NCBI GenBank assembly: GCA_964628445.1
Contig: CAZVOP010000008.1
Span: forward strand, 5,376 to 69,375
Source: an uncultured Pseudobdellovibrionaceae bacterium
GTDB taxonomy: Bacteria > Bdellovibrionota > Bdellovibrionia > Bdellovibrionales > UBA1609
Direction: 5' to 3'
Length of the DNA: 64,000 nucleotides
Shown here: positions 45,322 to 55,700 of the stretch, in pieces
How positions within the stretch are numbered: the first letter of the stretch is position 1
Layout: each line of letters starts with the position of its first letter
Notes under the pieces: generated by a model
The model's input: the letters and a program-made list of their open reading frames with translations, nothing else
Database searches by the model: none
Told to the model about the DNA's origin: nothing
Program-made: the position numbers and the translations under genes

Positions 45322-45795
45322 TCATGAGCCGTAGCGATTCTCGCTGGCGATTTGCTCATGGAGCTGTTTTTCGACTTCTTCTTTGCTCCAAACTTTACCT
45401 TTGCCCGCGCCCGGACAAAAAGCCGTGATTTCCGAACTCCAAGCCTTGGCATTCATGATCTCGGGCCAAAACGGCCAAGTCCGGCATTGCGTGGGACGGG
45501 CGTGATAGATCCCGCAACGTTTGCCTTCTAAAAATACGCACTCCGGCTTGGGCGAGTCTTTGAGTTTCCACACTTCATCGGCTTTGTCGCAGTACCTAAT
45601 TGTGAACGAGCGTGTCGTTATTTTCAGAAGCTTCGCGATGCGACGGCGATCTTCAATTGTCAGATAAACCGCGCCGTAGCCCCCGCGCGAAACACAGCAG
45701 TTGCCGCTGCCTTGGCACTCAAACTGGATTCCGTTTTCCCAGAACTTTTTCTTTTTCATGTATTCGATCGTGGCGTCGTGGGCGGGTAGAATCAA
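45322..45795 (-). CDS. YkgJ-family cysteine-cluster (zinc/iron-chelating) protein
   Basis: FECQGSGNCC... and C-terminal CVFLEGKRCGIYHARPTQCRTWPFWP are typical of the CxxCxxCC family. Confidence 0.8.
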   Translation of the reverse strand: MILPAHDATIEYMKKKKFWENGIQFECQGSGNCCVSRGGYGAVYLTIEDRRRIAKLLKITTRSFTIRYCDKADEVWKLKDSPKPECVFLEGKRCGIYHARPTQCRTWPFWPEIMNAKAWSSEITAFCPGAGKGKVWSKEEVEKQLHEQIASENRYGS

Positions 45796-45875
45796 TGCTT
45801 GACGCCGACTTCTATGGAAAATCCCGGCGGCGTCATGTATGGTCGCCCTTGAGCGCTATTGCGTTGGAGGTCACG

Positions 45876-46667
45876 ATGTCCGCGAAAGCTCTTCATGTTC
45901 ATGCCCAAGGGAAAATCGGCGCCCCGGCTCTCCTCTTCCTCCATGCGTTTCCGTTTTCCGCAGCAATGTGGAAAGAACAATTGAATTTATTTTCAGAAAG
46001 ATTCTACTGTCTGGCTCCCGATCTGCCGGGGTTTGGGGAAAGTGCTCTCCCTGATCACGCGGTGACCTTTGAGCATTATGTCGATTCCGTCTTGAATTAT
46101 TTGAAGGAATCGGGAATTGAACAAGCGGTTTGGTGCGGCCTTTCGATGGGAGGCTATCTCGCGCTTCGCCTGTATGAACGAGCGCCGGATCAGTGCCGTG
46201 CGCTCATACTCTGCGATACGAAGGCCGGTGCCGACGGCAATGAAGCTAAACTGAAACGCTGGGATGCCATTCAAATGTTGCAAAGAAATCGGGCTGAATT
46301 CATCGCGGCCCAATGGCAGGCGCTTGTCGGCGCAAGTTCAAAAAATGGCGGCCTTCTCAAGATGCGTTTTGAAGAAATCATCGCGGGAACTTCGGATCGC
46401 GGAATAGCCGCGGGCCTTGCCGCCATGGCCACGCGCACCGATAGCACGCCGGGCCTTTCCAAAATTCGAGTTCCCACGCTGCTTGTGGTCGGTGAGGAGG
46501 ATAAGGTGACGCCTGTAAGCGAATCCGAAGCCATGAGCAAAGCCATTGCCGGCAGCCGGGTGAAAATCATAAGCAAGAGTGGTCATTTGAGTAATTTAGA
46601 AAATCCTCAGGGCTTTAACGATCATCTTTCTGAATTTTTGACGTCGTTGTCGGAGAGCAAAGACTGA
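45876..46667 (+). CDS. alpha/beta-fold hydrolase
   Basis: LLFLHAFPFSAAMW, nucleophile elbow GLSMGG, and C-terminal SGHLSNLENP. The start at MSAKALHV is preferred over the 45612 extension. Confidence 0.85.
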   Translation: MSAKALHVHAQGKIGAPALLFLHAFPFSAAMWKEQLNLFSERFYCLAPDLPGFGESALPDHAVTFEHYVDSVLNYLKESGIEQAVWCGLSMGGYLALRLYERAPDQCRALILCDTKAGADGNEAKLKRWDAIQMLQRNRAEFIAAQWQALVGASSKNGGLLKMRFEEIIAGTSDRGIAAGLAAMATRTDSTPGLSKIRVPTLLVVGEEDKVTPVSESEAMSKAIAGSRVKIISKSGHLSNLENPQGFNDHLSEFLTSLSESKD

Positions 46668-47602
46668 CAATTACGCCTGCGGCCATAGACGCCGCCTTCA
46701 GCATAATTTTCGAGTGCATGCAGTTTTCCGACTTGGAATTGGTAACCTCGCCTGGCTCGCTCATTGAGAGCTTCGGTTTCGAGTTCAATAAGAAGATGTG
46801 CGGCCCAGGTCCATTGTAGGTTGCCGGCCTTGTCACGTTCAACTTTGGGAATGTCGTTCATCGTGTAATCCGATTCATAACCCAAATACCGGCCAAAAAG
46901 AGTAAGCAGTGACTTCCCCTTAAAGAGCGAGTGATTGCTTGACCAGTCACGAAGGATCCATTGACCTCGACTGCGAACATAAACTATCTGGTCGGCGCGA
47001 AAATCTCCGATGTTTTCGAACATACTGGTCGCGCGTGCGAAAGCTCTTAATGCATCCGTCATTTCGTTCAGCTGTTGCCTCGTGAAGAACCCATGATTCT
47101 TTATGAACAGATCTAATGTCGGTCCCTCGGCTCTCTCCGCAACAATAAAGAGCCCCGGGAACTCATCAAATATTCGTGTCACTGGCACGCCTTGTTCGGC
47201 GAGTTCCTTGTAGCCGTTCTGCATTTCCCTCATCATCACGGGGGGAGCACGAAAGTCTATTCCATCTTGTCCGTCGGAAAAGGGTGCTTCACGGCTGATC
47301 GCCAAGCGCAAAACCTTGTCGGGCTCGCCCCGAAGCGAAAAGACTCGCGTTTGGCCGCCAGCCCCTAAAAATTGATCAATCATAAAAGTATGGGTCTTAT
47401 AAAGAGTGCGGCGGCCAAAGAAGCGATACTTCGGCCTGAACTCACGCACATGAACGACATCACCCGAGCTCAGTGAAGCCACGGTTTGGTCATAATCCCG
47501 ATTCCACTTCAAATCGATATCGGCCGCGTGCGCTTGAGCAAAGATGGGGATCACGAGGCAAAGGAATGCTAGTTTTTTAGGCAAAAATCGAAGGCCGGTC
47601 AT
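46622..47602 (-). CDS. hypothetical secreted protein, possibly with a protein-kinase-like fold
   Basis: Signal peptide MTGLRFLPKKLAFLCLVIPIFAQAHA. Carries LGAGGQTRVF (G-loop-like), FIVAERAEGPTL (hinge-like), GDFRADQIVY and ILRDWS. The ORF-track extension to 47917 overlaps the next gene. Confidence 0.5.
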   Translation of the reverse strand: MTGLRFLPKKLAFLCLVIPIFAQAHAADIDLKWNRDYDQTVASLSSGDVVHVREFRPKYRFFGRRTLYKTHTFMIDQFLGAGGQTRVFSLRGEPDKVLRLAISREAPFSDGQDGIDFRAPPVMMREMQNGYKELAEQGVPVTRIFDEFPGLFIVAERAEGPTLDLFIKNHGFFTRQQLNEMTDALRAFARATSMFENIGDFRADQIVYVRSRGQWILRDWSSNHSLFKGKSLLTLFGRYLGYESDYTMNDIPKVERDKAGNLQWTWAAHLLIELETEALNERARRGYQFQVGKLHALENYAEGGVYGRRRNCQSLLSDNDVKNSER

Positions 47603-47702
47603 GCGCTCTCTTCTATCTTGGCTGGATCGAGAATAGCTACTGTTTTCCTCGAGTCGAGACCGGATCCGCTGCGGAGAGTACGATGACGTAAATGCCCGGG
47701 CT

Positions 47703-48332
47703 CTAAGGATTGGTGCAGTGGCCGGCGAAGCACGAGTTGGCAAAGCCGGGACAGTCGTCATCTGAGTCACATTGGTTGGTGTCTTCGGATGTACACTTGC
47801 CCGCAAAGCATGAGTTGGCAAAGCCTGGACAATCATCGTCTGAATCGCATTGGTTTTGATCGCTTGAAGTGCATTGCCCTGCAAAACAAGAATTGGCAAA
47901 GCCAGGGCAATCGTCATCTGAGTTGCATTTTTTCATCGGCTTCATCAAACCGAAAAAGGCATTCATTTTTAAGTTGGCCGAAGCCTTCGCATTTTGTAGA
48001 TATTTTTGAGCGCCTGGGCAGGCTGCCGCCGCCAAAATCAAATTTCTTGTGCCGCCGACCTTCACGTCGGGCCAGTTAGGGTCTTCTTTCACTTTAATGT
48101 CGGGCCAAGTTTGGTCTTTTTTCACCTTTATATCCGGCCAGTTGCTCTCTTCTTGAATGATGACATCGGGCCAATTGGATTCAAACTTGATTTTGCAATC
48201 GGGCCAGTTGTTGTCGATGGCGACTTTTAAGTCCGGCCAGTTGTTGTCCTGTTTTACTTTTATCGTGGGTGTGGCGTTGATTTGAAGGGATGTGAGTGAA
48301 AGCAAAATGAAACCGGTGATCCATTTGAACAT
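47703..48332 (-). CDS. secreted repeat protein: 6 x 11-aa NWPD repeats plus 3 x Cys-rich CxSDDDCPGFANSCFAGxCT modules
   Basis: Signal peptide MFKWITGFILLSLTSLQINA. Repeats were read from the translation. The ORF track extends it to 48467. Confidence 0.65.
   Translation of the reverse strand: MFKWITGFILLSLTSLQINATPTIKVKQDNNWPDLKVAIDNNWPDCKIKFESNWPDVIIQEESNWPDIKVKKDQTWPDIKVKEDPNWPDVKVGGTRNLILAAAACPGAQKYLQNAKASANLKMNAFFGLMKPMKKCNSDDDCPGFANSCFAGQCTSSDQNQCDSDDDCPGFANSCFAGKCTSEDTNQCDSDDDCPGFANSCFAGHCTNP
47706..47927. repeat. 78-bp tandem repeat (~2.8 copies) encoding the Cys-rich modules
   Basis: CDSDDDCPGFANSCFAG(Q/K/H)CT... is repeated three times at 26-aa periodicity. Confidence 0.8.
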
Positions 48333-48475
48333 ACGGCGACGCCCCCTTTTTGTAGTGTCACGTTGGCACTTTGTTACATGCCATTGCAGGCCTAGTGCCA
48401 AGGAAATCGGAGCAAACTGACACCGTTGCGTCGTGATTCTGCGATCCATATTGAGGTAGTCTTGCACTCACTATT

Positions 48476-49036
48476 ATGAATGAACCGGAAGATCGACCCA
48501 AGTTAAAGCCCATCTCCTTTCCGGGAAAAATTCATCTCATTAATAATGATCAAGAGCTATTGTTGGTCGCGGACAAATTGCACGCGGCCAAGGAACTCGG
48601 CTTTGATACCGAAACCAAGCCAAGTTTCCGCAAGGGCGATGTTTTTAAAACGGCGCTCTTGCAACTCGCGACCGAAGAGGATGCCTACATTATCCGGCTT
48701 CATTATGTGACCCAGTTTCAAGTGATCAACAGCATCTTCGAAAATCATGGCATCTTTAAAATCGGTGCAGCGGTTCGTGACGACATCAAGTCTCTACAAA
48801 AGATCTCTCACTTCACCCCGCGCAATTTCGTGGAACTGCAAACTCTGGCCAAAGAAAAGGGACTTAAGAACTTCGGGTTAAGGGGAATGGCCGAAGAGGT
48901 TTTGCAGGGGGCCCTCTCTAAAAGAACGAAGATGACGAATTGGGAAGCTCACACCTTGACCGATCAACAGTTGATGTACGCGGCGACGGACGCGTGGATC
49001 GGGCTTATGTTGTATCGAAGGCTTCATGAAACATAG
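48476..49036 (+). CDS. 3'-5' exonuclease domain protein (RNase D/WRN-exonuclease-like)
   Basis: Exo I LGFDTETKP, an ExoII-like region, and Exo III-like YAATDAW. Confidence 0.85.
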   Translation: MNEPEDRPKLKPISFPGKIHLINNDQELLLVADKLHAAKELGFDTETKPSFRKGDVFKTALLQLATEEDAYIIRLHYVTQFQVINSIFENHGIFKIGAAVRDDIKSLQKISHFTPRNFVELQTLAKEKGLKNFGLRGMAEEVLQGALSKRTKMTNWEAHTLTDQQLMYAATDAWIGLMLYRRLHET

Positions 49037-49119
49037 TTCACAGGCGACGCATTGTTTCTTGTCCAGACAAGAAGTGTCGCGTTACGAAGGCGCGGGGTTG
49101 CGCCCTCATGACATACGAT

Positions 49120-50148
49120 TCAATTCGCGGGATGGCAGAATTCGTAGCTATCCACAACAAACTTGGGATCAAGCACCGACGGGTACGTCGAGTTGCTCTC
49201 CACCGCGCGCACCGATTCTTTATCGAAGCCCGCTTTTTCGCAAAGGGTGAGAAAGCTTTCGAGATCGAGCAACACTTCCGAAATTAAATTGCCCGCGCCG
49301 GTCACGCGCAACGTGTTGGTGGTGATGTAGTTGCCGCAGCCGTTAAAATTTTCGACGGGCAGTTCCACGCCGTAGGCGCCCATGGTCCACGTTTGGATCG
49401 GGCCCTGCAGCTCGCTGCGCGATTGAAGCACGCCGGGGGCGGGACTCAGATAGGCGCGGGTCTTGTAATTCACTTTGGTGGCGTCTAAACGCGAATAACT
49501 GGAGCAAACAAAAACCTTTCCCACCAGATCTTCGAGTGCCGGCGGCACGGCCGTCGACATCACCGAGCGCAATTCACTCAACCCGAATTTGGCGAACTTG
49601 CTTTCGTCGATCAGGCCGCCCAACGTTTCGCTGGTGCTTGAGCGGGTCACGATGAACTCAGAAAGCGGCAAGCCGTCACTTGAAGTGATTTGCAGCACAA
49701 GCGACGAGTCATTATTGGTGTAACCCTCGGCGACGATGTCGATTTGCGTGAAGGCCTGCCCGGGAGAAACAAGGACAAAGGTCGTATCGGGTAACATCAC
49801 CAAGTTTTTATAGTTTTCCGGATTGCCGCTCGTAACTTTTGCAAATTGGGAAAGTCCGTCGAGTGAAACTTTTGTCGTGCCGTTGATGCCGGTAGCGCTA
49901 TGGATCAGGGTTTTTCCGGCCTTGCCTGCAGAATAACCGGTCAGTTTGATCTCCAAAATATTCTTCGCACTCGCAAACTTAATATAAATGTGTTCGCCGC
50001 CCGAGGATCTGCTTGGCCCGCTCTTTTGCACAAGCATCGTGGAATCCACCGGAACGCTTGTCCCGAGTCCGATATTCAGTTGCGTGCTAGTGACGGCATG
50101 AGCGCCGATGGATACAAAGAAAAATAAAGCCAAGATGGATAATCGCAT
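49120..50148 (-). CDS. hypothetical secreted protein
   Basis: The start is chosen at MRLSILALFFFVSIGAHA (signal peptide). The ORF track extends it to 50259. Confidence 0.6.
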   Translation of the reverse strand: MRLSILALFFFVSIGAHAVTSTQLNIGLGTSVPVDSTMLVQKSGPSRSSGGEHIYIKFASAKNILEIKLTGYSAGKAGKTLIHSATGINGTTKVSLDGLSQFAKVTSGNPENYKNLVMLPDTTFVLVSPGQAFTQIDIVAEGYTNNDSSLVLQITSSDGLPLSEFIVTRSSTSETLGGLIDESKFAKFGLSELRSVMSTAVPPALEDLVGKVFVCSSYSRLDATKVNYKTRAYLSPAPGVLQSRSELQGPIQTWTMGAYGVELPVENFNGCGNYITTNTLRVTGAGNLISEVLLDLESFLTLCEKAGFDKESVRAVESNSTYPSVLDPKFVVDSYEFCHPAN

Positions 50149-50275
50149 TTCGATCCCCCCGAATCGTTTTGAATCACGGGCCAACGCTACCCGAATTTCC
50201 GACTTGTAGGCAAACAAATTTACGATTAGATCTTGAACCGTTGCGATCAAGCTTTGCAATCTTCCGGGGGGATAG

Positions 50276-52240
50276 ATGAATAAGACACTTCTTTATTTCG
50301 TGGCTGTATATTTGGCGTCGCCGTTTTGTGTTTCCCAAGCGCAAGCCAGCGTCGATGTCTCAAACGGTAAAGTGACGATCAATGTTTCCGGATACGATTC
50401 CGATCAATGGGGCGGAAGCGGATCCAGCGCGGGCACGGCCGATATCCATCTCGCCTACGAAGATGCCGCAAAAACTATCGTCTTAATTACAGGCACAACC
50501 GTTCGCGCCGGAAAAACGAGTTCGGTTTCCGAGCGCATCGCGGTCAAAGATCTTAAATCCATAGTCATCTACGCCGTTGGCGGTAGCGGAGCGAATGGTT
50601 ACTCGGGCTCAAGCGGTTCTTCGGGCCGCGATGGTTCAGAGGGGCGCGACGGTTCCAACGGGAACGATGGATGCCCTCCTGGAGACGGCGGCCGAGGTAG
50701 CGATGGATCCGACGGTAGTGACGGAAGCGATGGCAGCGACGGAAGCAACGGCGGTTATGGAGGCCGCGGCGGAACGGTGCAGGTGAGCACTGCGCCCGAT
50801 CAAAGTGAGTTGATGTTATTTGTGAAAACCGCGACGAGCGGTGGGGATGGCGGCCGCGGTGGTTACGGCGGTTCAGGAGGTTCGGGCGGGCGTGGAGGTC
50901 GCGGCGGTGACGGCGGCCGGGGCGGACGCAACACTTGCAAAGATGAAAAAGGAAATCCCAAGTGGGGACCTGATGGCTCGACCGGGTGGCGCGGCAATGA
51001 TGGGCGTAACGGCAATTCGGGCCGCAGCGGTTCTTCGGGTCGCGATGGTTCGGGCGGTCGCTCGGGTTCGCGCAGCTTTAATTTGGTGGATAGCCGCGGC
51101 ACGCAAACGTTTGCAAGCATCTTCGCTCTTGATGTCAGTGAGGCTAAATTTGTCGATGACACCGGCGATGAAATCTTGCAACCGGGTGAGCGCCTTTATT
51201 TAAAAACTTTGAAAATCACCAACAAGGGGCCAATGCCCAGTCCAGCCGGGCAAACGATCCGCATCTCCGTGCTGCCGTCGAAAACCGCGCTGACTCCGGC
51301 GCCGCTTTCGGCTACAAGCGCGCCGATCGCCGCGTCCGCGGTTTCGGCTCTTGAGTTCAAGAAAGGCGCACTGACTTTGCAGACTCCGGCCGATAGCGCG
51401 TTAGTCGGCAAAAAAGTGACGACTTCGATTCGCTTGAGCATAAACAATGTGAGTTTTGATGCCGATATTGACACAGGCATGGCCGTGCGCTGGCCGCTGA
51501 CCTTGACGGCCGCAGCCTCAAGAATTTCGGCGTTGTTTGAGATGCCCAAATCTCTTTCTTACACCTTGAAGAATGTCGGATCGACGGATTTAGGCCCAAA
51601 CGGTAGCCAACCTTTGTTCGTGATGATCGGCTGGAATTCGAAAACGGTTCCGAGCTCGGATGTTTCGATCACGCTCAATGACGGCCGCGTGTTCAATTTG
51701 GAACAGCCTGTGCTGCTTTCCGATCTGACGGTTCCGGCGAAGGGAACGTTATCTTTACCGCTGACGATGAAGGTGCGCGATAGCCGTCTCCTCACCAGTG
51801 CTTCTGGAACATTGAGCGTCAGTTTGCGTCTTCAAGATATGAGCTCTGCTAATGAAGTCATTCTTCAAAGCGCCGATGCGAATGTGTCGCTCGATCTTGA
51901 TCTTAAAGCTTTGCCGTGGAATCAGACGTTGAATCTTTCGGGCACGCGAATCCAATGTTTGTTCCCGAATCTGGCGACCCCCGCGCAGCCGATGGCGTCA
52001 CTCGAAATCAATAAATCCGCGGGCTCAAACACCATGCAAGTGCGGCTGGCTGTGCCAGGGTCTGCGGCCTCGAGTATTTCGCCCGTGATGGCGATGTCCG
52101 CAAGCCGCATGTTGCCCGCTTACGTGCAATTCACCGGCACATGGACGGCGCAGAACGTGGTGGATTTTTTAAATCAGATCGTTTCGCCCAATTCACCGCG
52201 GGGAAGTTGGTCGTTTAAAAGTTGTAGCGTCGCTCCCTAA
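50276..52240 (+). CDS. secreted protein with two Gly-rich Gly-X-Y/GSD-repeat tracts
   Basis: Signal peptide MNKTLLYFVAVYLASPFCVSQAQA. The tracts are GANGYSGSSGSSGRDGSEGRDGSNGNDG...GSDGSDGSDGSDGSDGSNGGYGGRGG and GGDGGRGGYGGSGGSGGRGGRGGDGGRGG...GNDGRNGNSGRSGSSGRDGSGGRSGS. Confidence 0.7.
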   Translation: MNKTLLYFVAVYLASPFCVSQAQASVDVSNGKVTINVSGYDSDQWGGSGSSAGTADIHLAYEDAAKTIVLITGTTVRAGKTSSVSERIAVKDLKSIVIYAVGGSGANGYSGSSGSSGRDGSEGRDGSNGNDGCPPGDGGRGSDGSDGSDGSDGSDGSNGGYGGRGGTVQVSTAPDQSELMLFVKTATSGGDGGRGGYGGSGGSGGRGGRGGDGGRGGRNTCKDEKGNPKWGPDGSTGWRGNDGRNGNSGRSGSSGRDGSGGRSGSRSFNLVDSRGTQTFASIFALDVSEAKFVDDTGDEILQPGERLYLKTLKITNKGPMPSPAGQTIRISVLPSKTALTPAPLSATSAPIAASAVSALEFKKGALTLQTPADSALVGKKVTTSIRLSINNVSFDADIDTGMAVRWPLTLTAAASRISALFEMPKSLSYTLKNVGSTDLGPNGSQPLFVMIGWNSKTVPSSDVSITLNDGRVFNLEQPVLLSDLTVPAKGTLSLPLTMKVRDSRLLTSASGTLSVSLRLQDMSSANEVILQSADANVSLDLDLKALPWNQTLNLSGTRIQCLFPNLATPAQPMASLEINKSAGSNTMQVRLAVPGSAASSISPVMAMSASRMLPAYVQFTGTWTAQNVVDFLNQIVSPNSPRGSWSFKSCSVAP

Positions 52241-52748
52241 AGCGGCAGCTATTGCGCGGGCTCGGCAGGGCTTATGAAAAGCTTTTTTTCAACAAATTTT
52301 AGGTCCTACGGCTATCGTTTAGTTCTTGTGAAAGCCGTTTAAGAATTTGAGCTGAAGCCAGTAAAAGTTGGTCTAAGGTAGCGTTATAAATCAATATTCG
52401 AGCACTCACGGCGAAAGTGGCGATGCTTACTAGATCATCCCACTAAGCGAACAGGAGATGTTTCTGACGGATAGACTACTAACGCCTCTCCCATGAGAGG
52501 CCGTGGTCATCAACGCATGGTCGATAGTTTGAAGTCGCGTGTTAGGCAGTGTTCCGATCAGTGCAGGCACTGCAGCGAGTCTAAAGAAGGCGAGCCGAAT
52601 ATTACCCGACTGGCCATAGAGCATGCACGAGGCGCCTCGATCGGTTTAGAAATACTTAATCCGTAATAAAGATGTTTAGTCTCTAGATGAGTCATAAGTA
52701 TTTCTCAAATATTGCCGAACGATAGAATAAGCATTCTTGGAGGGGTTA

Positions 52749-55700
52749 ATGAATTTTAGGCTGCTGACCGACGCAATGGATGAAATTATTAACGAGGGTA
52801 GTGTTCGCGTTGAAGTCATCAGAAAAATGCAGATAAGACTTGAAGAGCTGATTAACGAAAGCTCTGAACAGGGCTACTTAATACTCCTTGAGGGAATCAA
52901 ATTATTTAACCAGCAAAAAATATCAAGTTACAAAAAGGCTAGAGAGCAATTTCAACGTCTCAAAATCTATGAAGAGTTGAAGCCATATCGAATATTTCTA
53001 TTATCGGCATGTTATTATTTTTTGGACGAATTTGATCAGGGAATAAAAATTCTTAAGGAATCAATGCAGGATTCAAATAGTAGGGAAGACTTAGTTTTAG
53101 AGGCGCTAGGATTCTTTTATACAGATTTGAAGAAATATGCACAGGCAATAGAGTCATTCGATGGCGCGGTTGCCCTAAATTCGAAGCGAAAATCTTTATG
53201 CCAGTGGGGAAAGGCGATCGTACTTTGCAAGCTTAATAAACGCGATGAGGCAGAAAACTGTTACAAACAGTCTTTAGAGGGATCCGTCGATAATAGGGCT
53301 AGGGGTCTCGAGGGACTGGCAGAGCTGGCTCTTATACAGGATAAGCATGAGGAGGCCTTCGACATATTAAATCGTGCGCTTGAGGAGCCAAACCTTAGTG
53401 AATGGTCGAAGGTTTCACTTCTGCGAACTAGAGCAAACGTATTTTATGACGTAGACAGGGAGATGGAGGGAATTCAGGATTTAAAGTCAGCGTTGAGTCT
53501 TAATGGGCATAATCTTGATCATCGACTTCATATATATAAGAGACTAGCGGATCTTTATATTGAACTGGATGACCTAGAAAGCGCTAGGCAAGCAATCGAA
53601 GATGGATCTCATGTTCCTATTGAAAGCGAAAGAAAGGCTTCGCTGAATTTTGTCCGAGCTGAATTACTATTTATGGAAAATGAGGCCGATTCGGCTTTGG
53701 CTAATTTGGATAAAATAGCTCAGGGCAGTAAGGATCCTACTTGGATTAGAGAAGTTCATAAACGAAAATTTAGCCACTATCTGGATGAAAATAAGGTTGG
53801 TTTAGCTAAAATTGAAATTGATAAGCTTTCTAAGATGGCGGAAGAAAATTCACATAAAGTTGACGTTTTGAGGAAAAAAGCAAAATTGAATATTTCTCAG
53901 GGCCGAAAGGACGAAGCTTTAGATAATCTTAAGCAGGCTTTAAGTTTAAATGAAGATTTGGGAATAAGGCGTCCACTGCTTCGACAACATAGCGATCTAC
54001 TCTTGGAAATGGGCAAGATAGACGAAGCCGAAATAGAACTAAAATCGGCATTGGAAAATGAAGTCGGAGGCCAGCAATCAGCTTTGGCTTGGCGGGCATT
54101 AGCTCAGATTGAGCGGGAGAGGGGAAATTTTGAAGAGGCAATTCACAATATCGATAAGTCATTAGAGTTGTGGAAGGTTCCTAGGCATCAAGCCTCTTGT
54201 CTAATTGTTAAATCTAATATTTACAAAGCCGAAGGTATTTACTTTAAGGCATTTCAATCGTTGGACGATGCTCTTAAATTGGATTTCCCAAACGCATTTA
54301 AGTTTAATGTTCTCATGGCAAAGGGCAAGCTGTCGCGCGAGACACAAAAATTTGAAGAAGCTCTGGAAATTATAGATAAAGCGGCTGCGACTTTAGGCGG
54401 TAACAAGCCTAACCCCATCTGTCTTTATGAAATGGCCCTAACGCTAGAAGGGCTAGGTGATGTTGCAAAGGCTATCGATAAATATCGAGAGGCTTTTCGG
54501 AGTGAAAAGTCATCGGATTTTCGGTCAGTGATTAAATTTAGGGAAGGCGTATTGTGCTTTGAAAATCAAAAATATCCTGAGGCAGTCGAAGCATTTAGAA
54601 TGTCGCTTGAGCTAAATTCAAAGGGCCCCTCTATCATCGCTCTCTATCTCGCATTTTCTTTGGTAAAAGAACAAAGTGATGATTTAAAATTAACTGTCTT
54701 GGATTCATTTTCAAAAATGGGTGATATCGAAAAGTGTTCTGTCCATATCGCGAAGGGATGGTGGTTTTATGCAAATCGTAGATTTGGCGAGGCTATAAAG
54801 AGTTTCGAGATCGCAAATGTTTGCGAAGATCATCCTTTGGCGGGGTTTGTAAAGTTTTATTTAGCAAGCGCTTACTTTGAGTTAGGTCAAAATAAAGAGG
54901 CACTCAAACTAGCAAAACAAGCTGAGAATTTTCTTTCAACAGGAGAGTCCAAGAATCTCATGGCGCCATATAGTGTTCAGGAGCTTCTTGCTAAAGTACA
55001 CGAACAGAGTGAGGAACTTTTTATTGCAAAAGACTATCTTGAGCGAGCGATTGCAGGTGGTTCCAGAAACGCTATTGGTATATTTGAGATTGATAATAAA
55101 ATTTCACGTTTTTTAAAAAAAGGAAAGGATAGGGAAAAGGCTTTTGAGGAGGAGATGATCCAGCAGGAAAATAAAAGCAAAAATTCAATATCATTACGCA
55201 ACAACAGCATGAAAATTGGGAATCATCGGTCAGATAAAATTATTGAGTCGATAGGGAATGCATTGATTTTCGGCAACCCTCATTTAGGAGAGTCATTTCG
55301 AAATGGTTTCGAATATACATGTCACTACACAAGCGCGGAAACGGCTCTTTTTCACATTCTTCCTTCGCAATATAATCACGACTTTGGAAATGAGACAAAA
55401 GTTATTCAGTTGCGGCTAAATCCTCTGGGGCAGGCAAATGATATAGAGGAAGGGGAGTTTAAATTAAATTTGAAGCAGGAGGATAAGACCTTTCCCGAGC
55501 GTCTTTTTTCTAGTCTTAAGACTCAAATAAAAGAAGAATTCAAAGTGTTTTGTATGAGCTGGTCGAATGTGCCTTTTGACGAGATCACATATTCTTCTGC
55601 GCCGTTTTTGATCCCGCCTATGTGGTCTCGCTATGGTCGAGTACATACTGGGGTTGTTATAATATTTGACCTCGAAAAATTTAGAGCTTGTGTCGAAGAG

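Noticed and set aside
50577-51203. Multiple ORFs on both strands across the Gly-rich tract (50577-50786, 50841-51203, 50863-51162, 50873-51181).
   Set aside because: They are artefacts of the low-complexity GGN/GNC-rich coding repeat of the 50276-52240 gene.
52430-52624. 64-aa minus-strand ORF upstream of the TPR-DUF2971 gene, considered as a possible integrase remnant marking the islet border.
   Set aside because: No R..H..R..Y-type recombinase motifs are recognisable. It is most likely non-coding.
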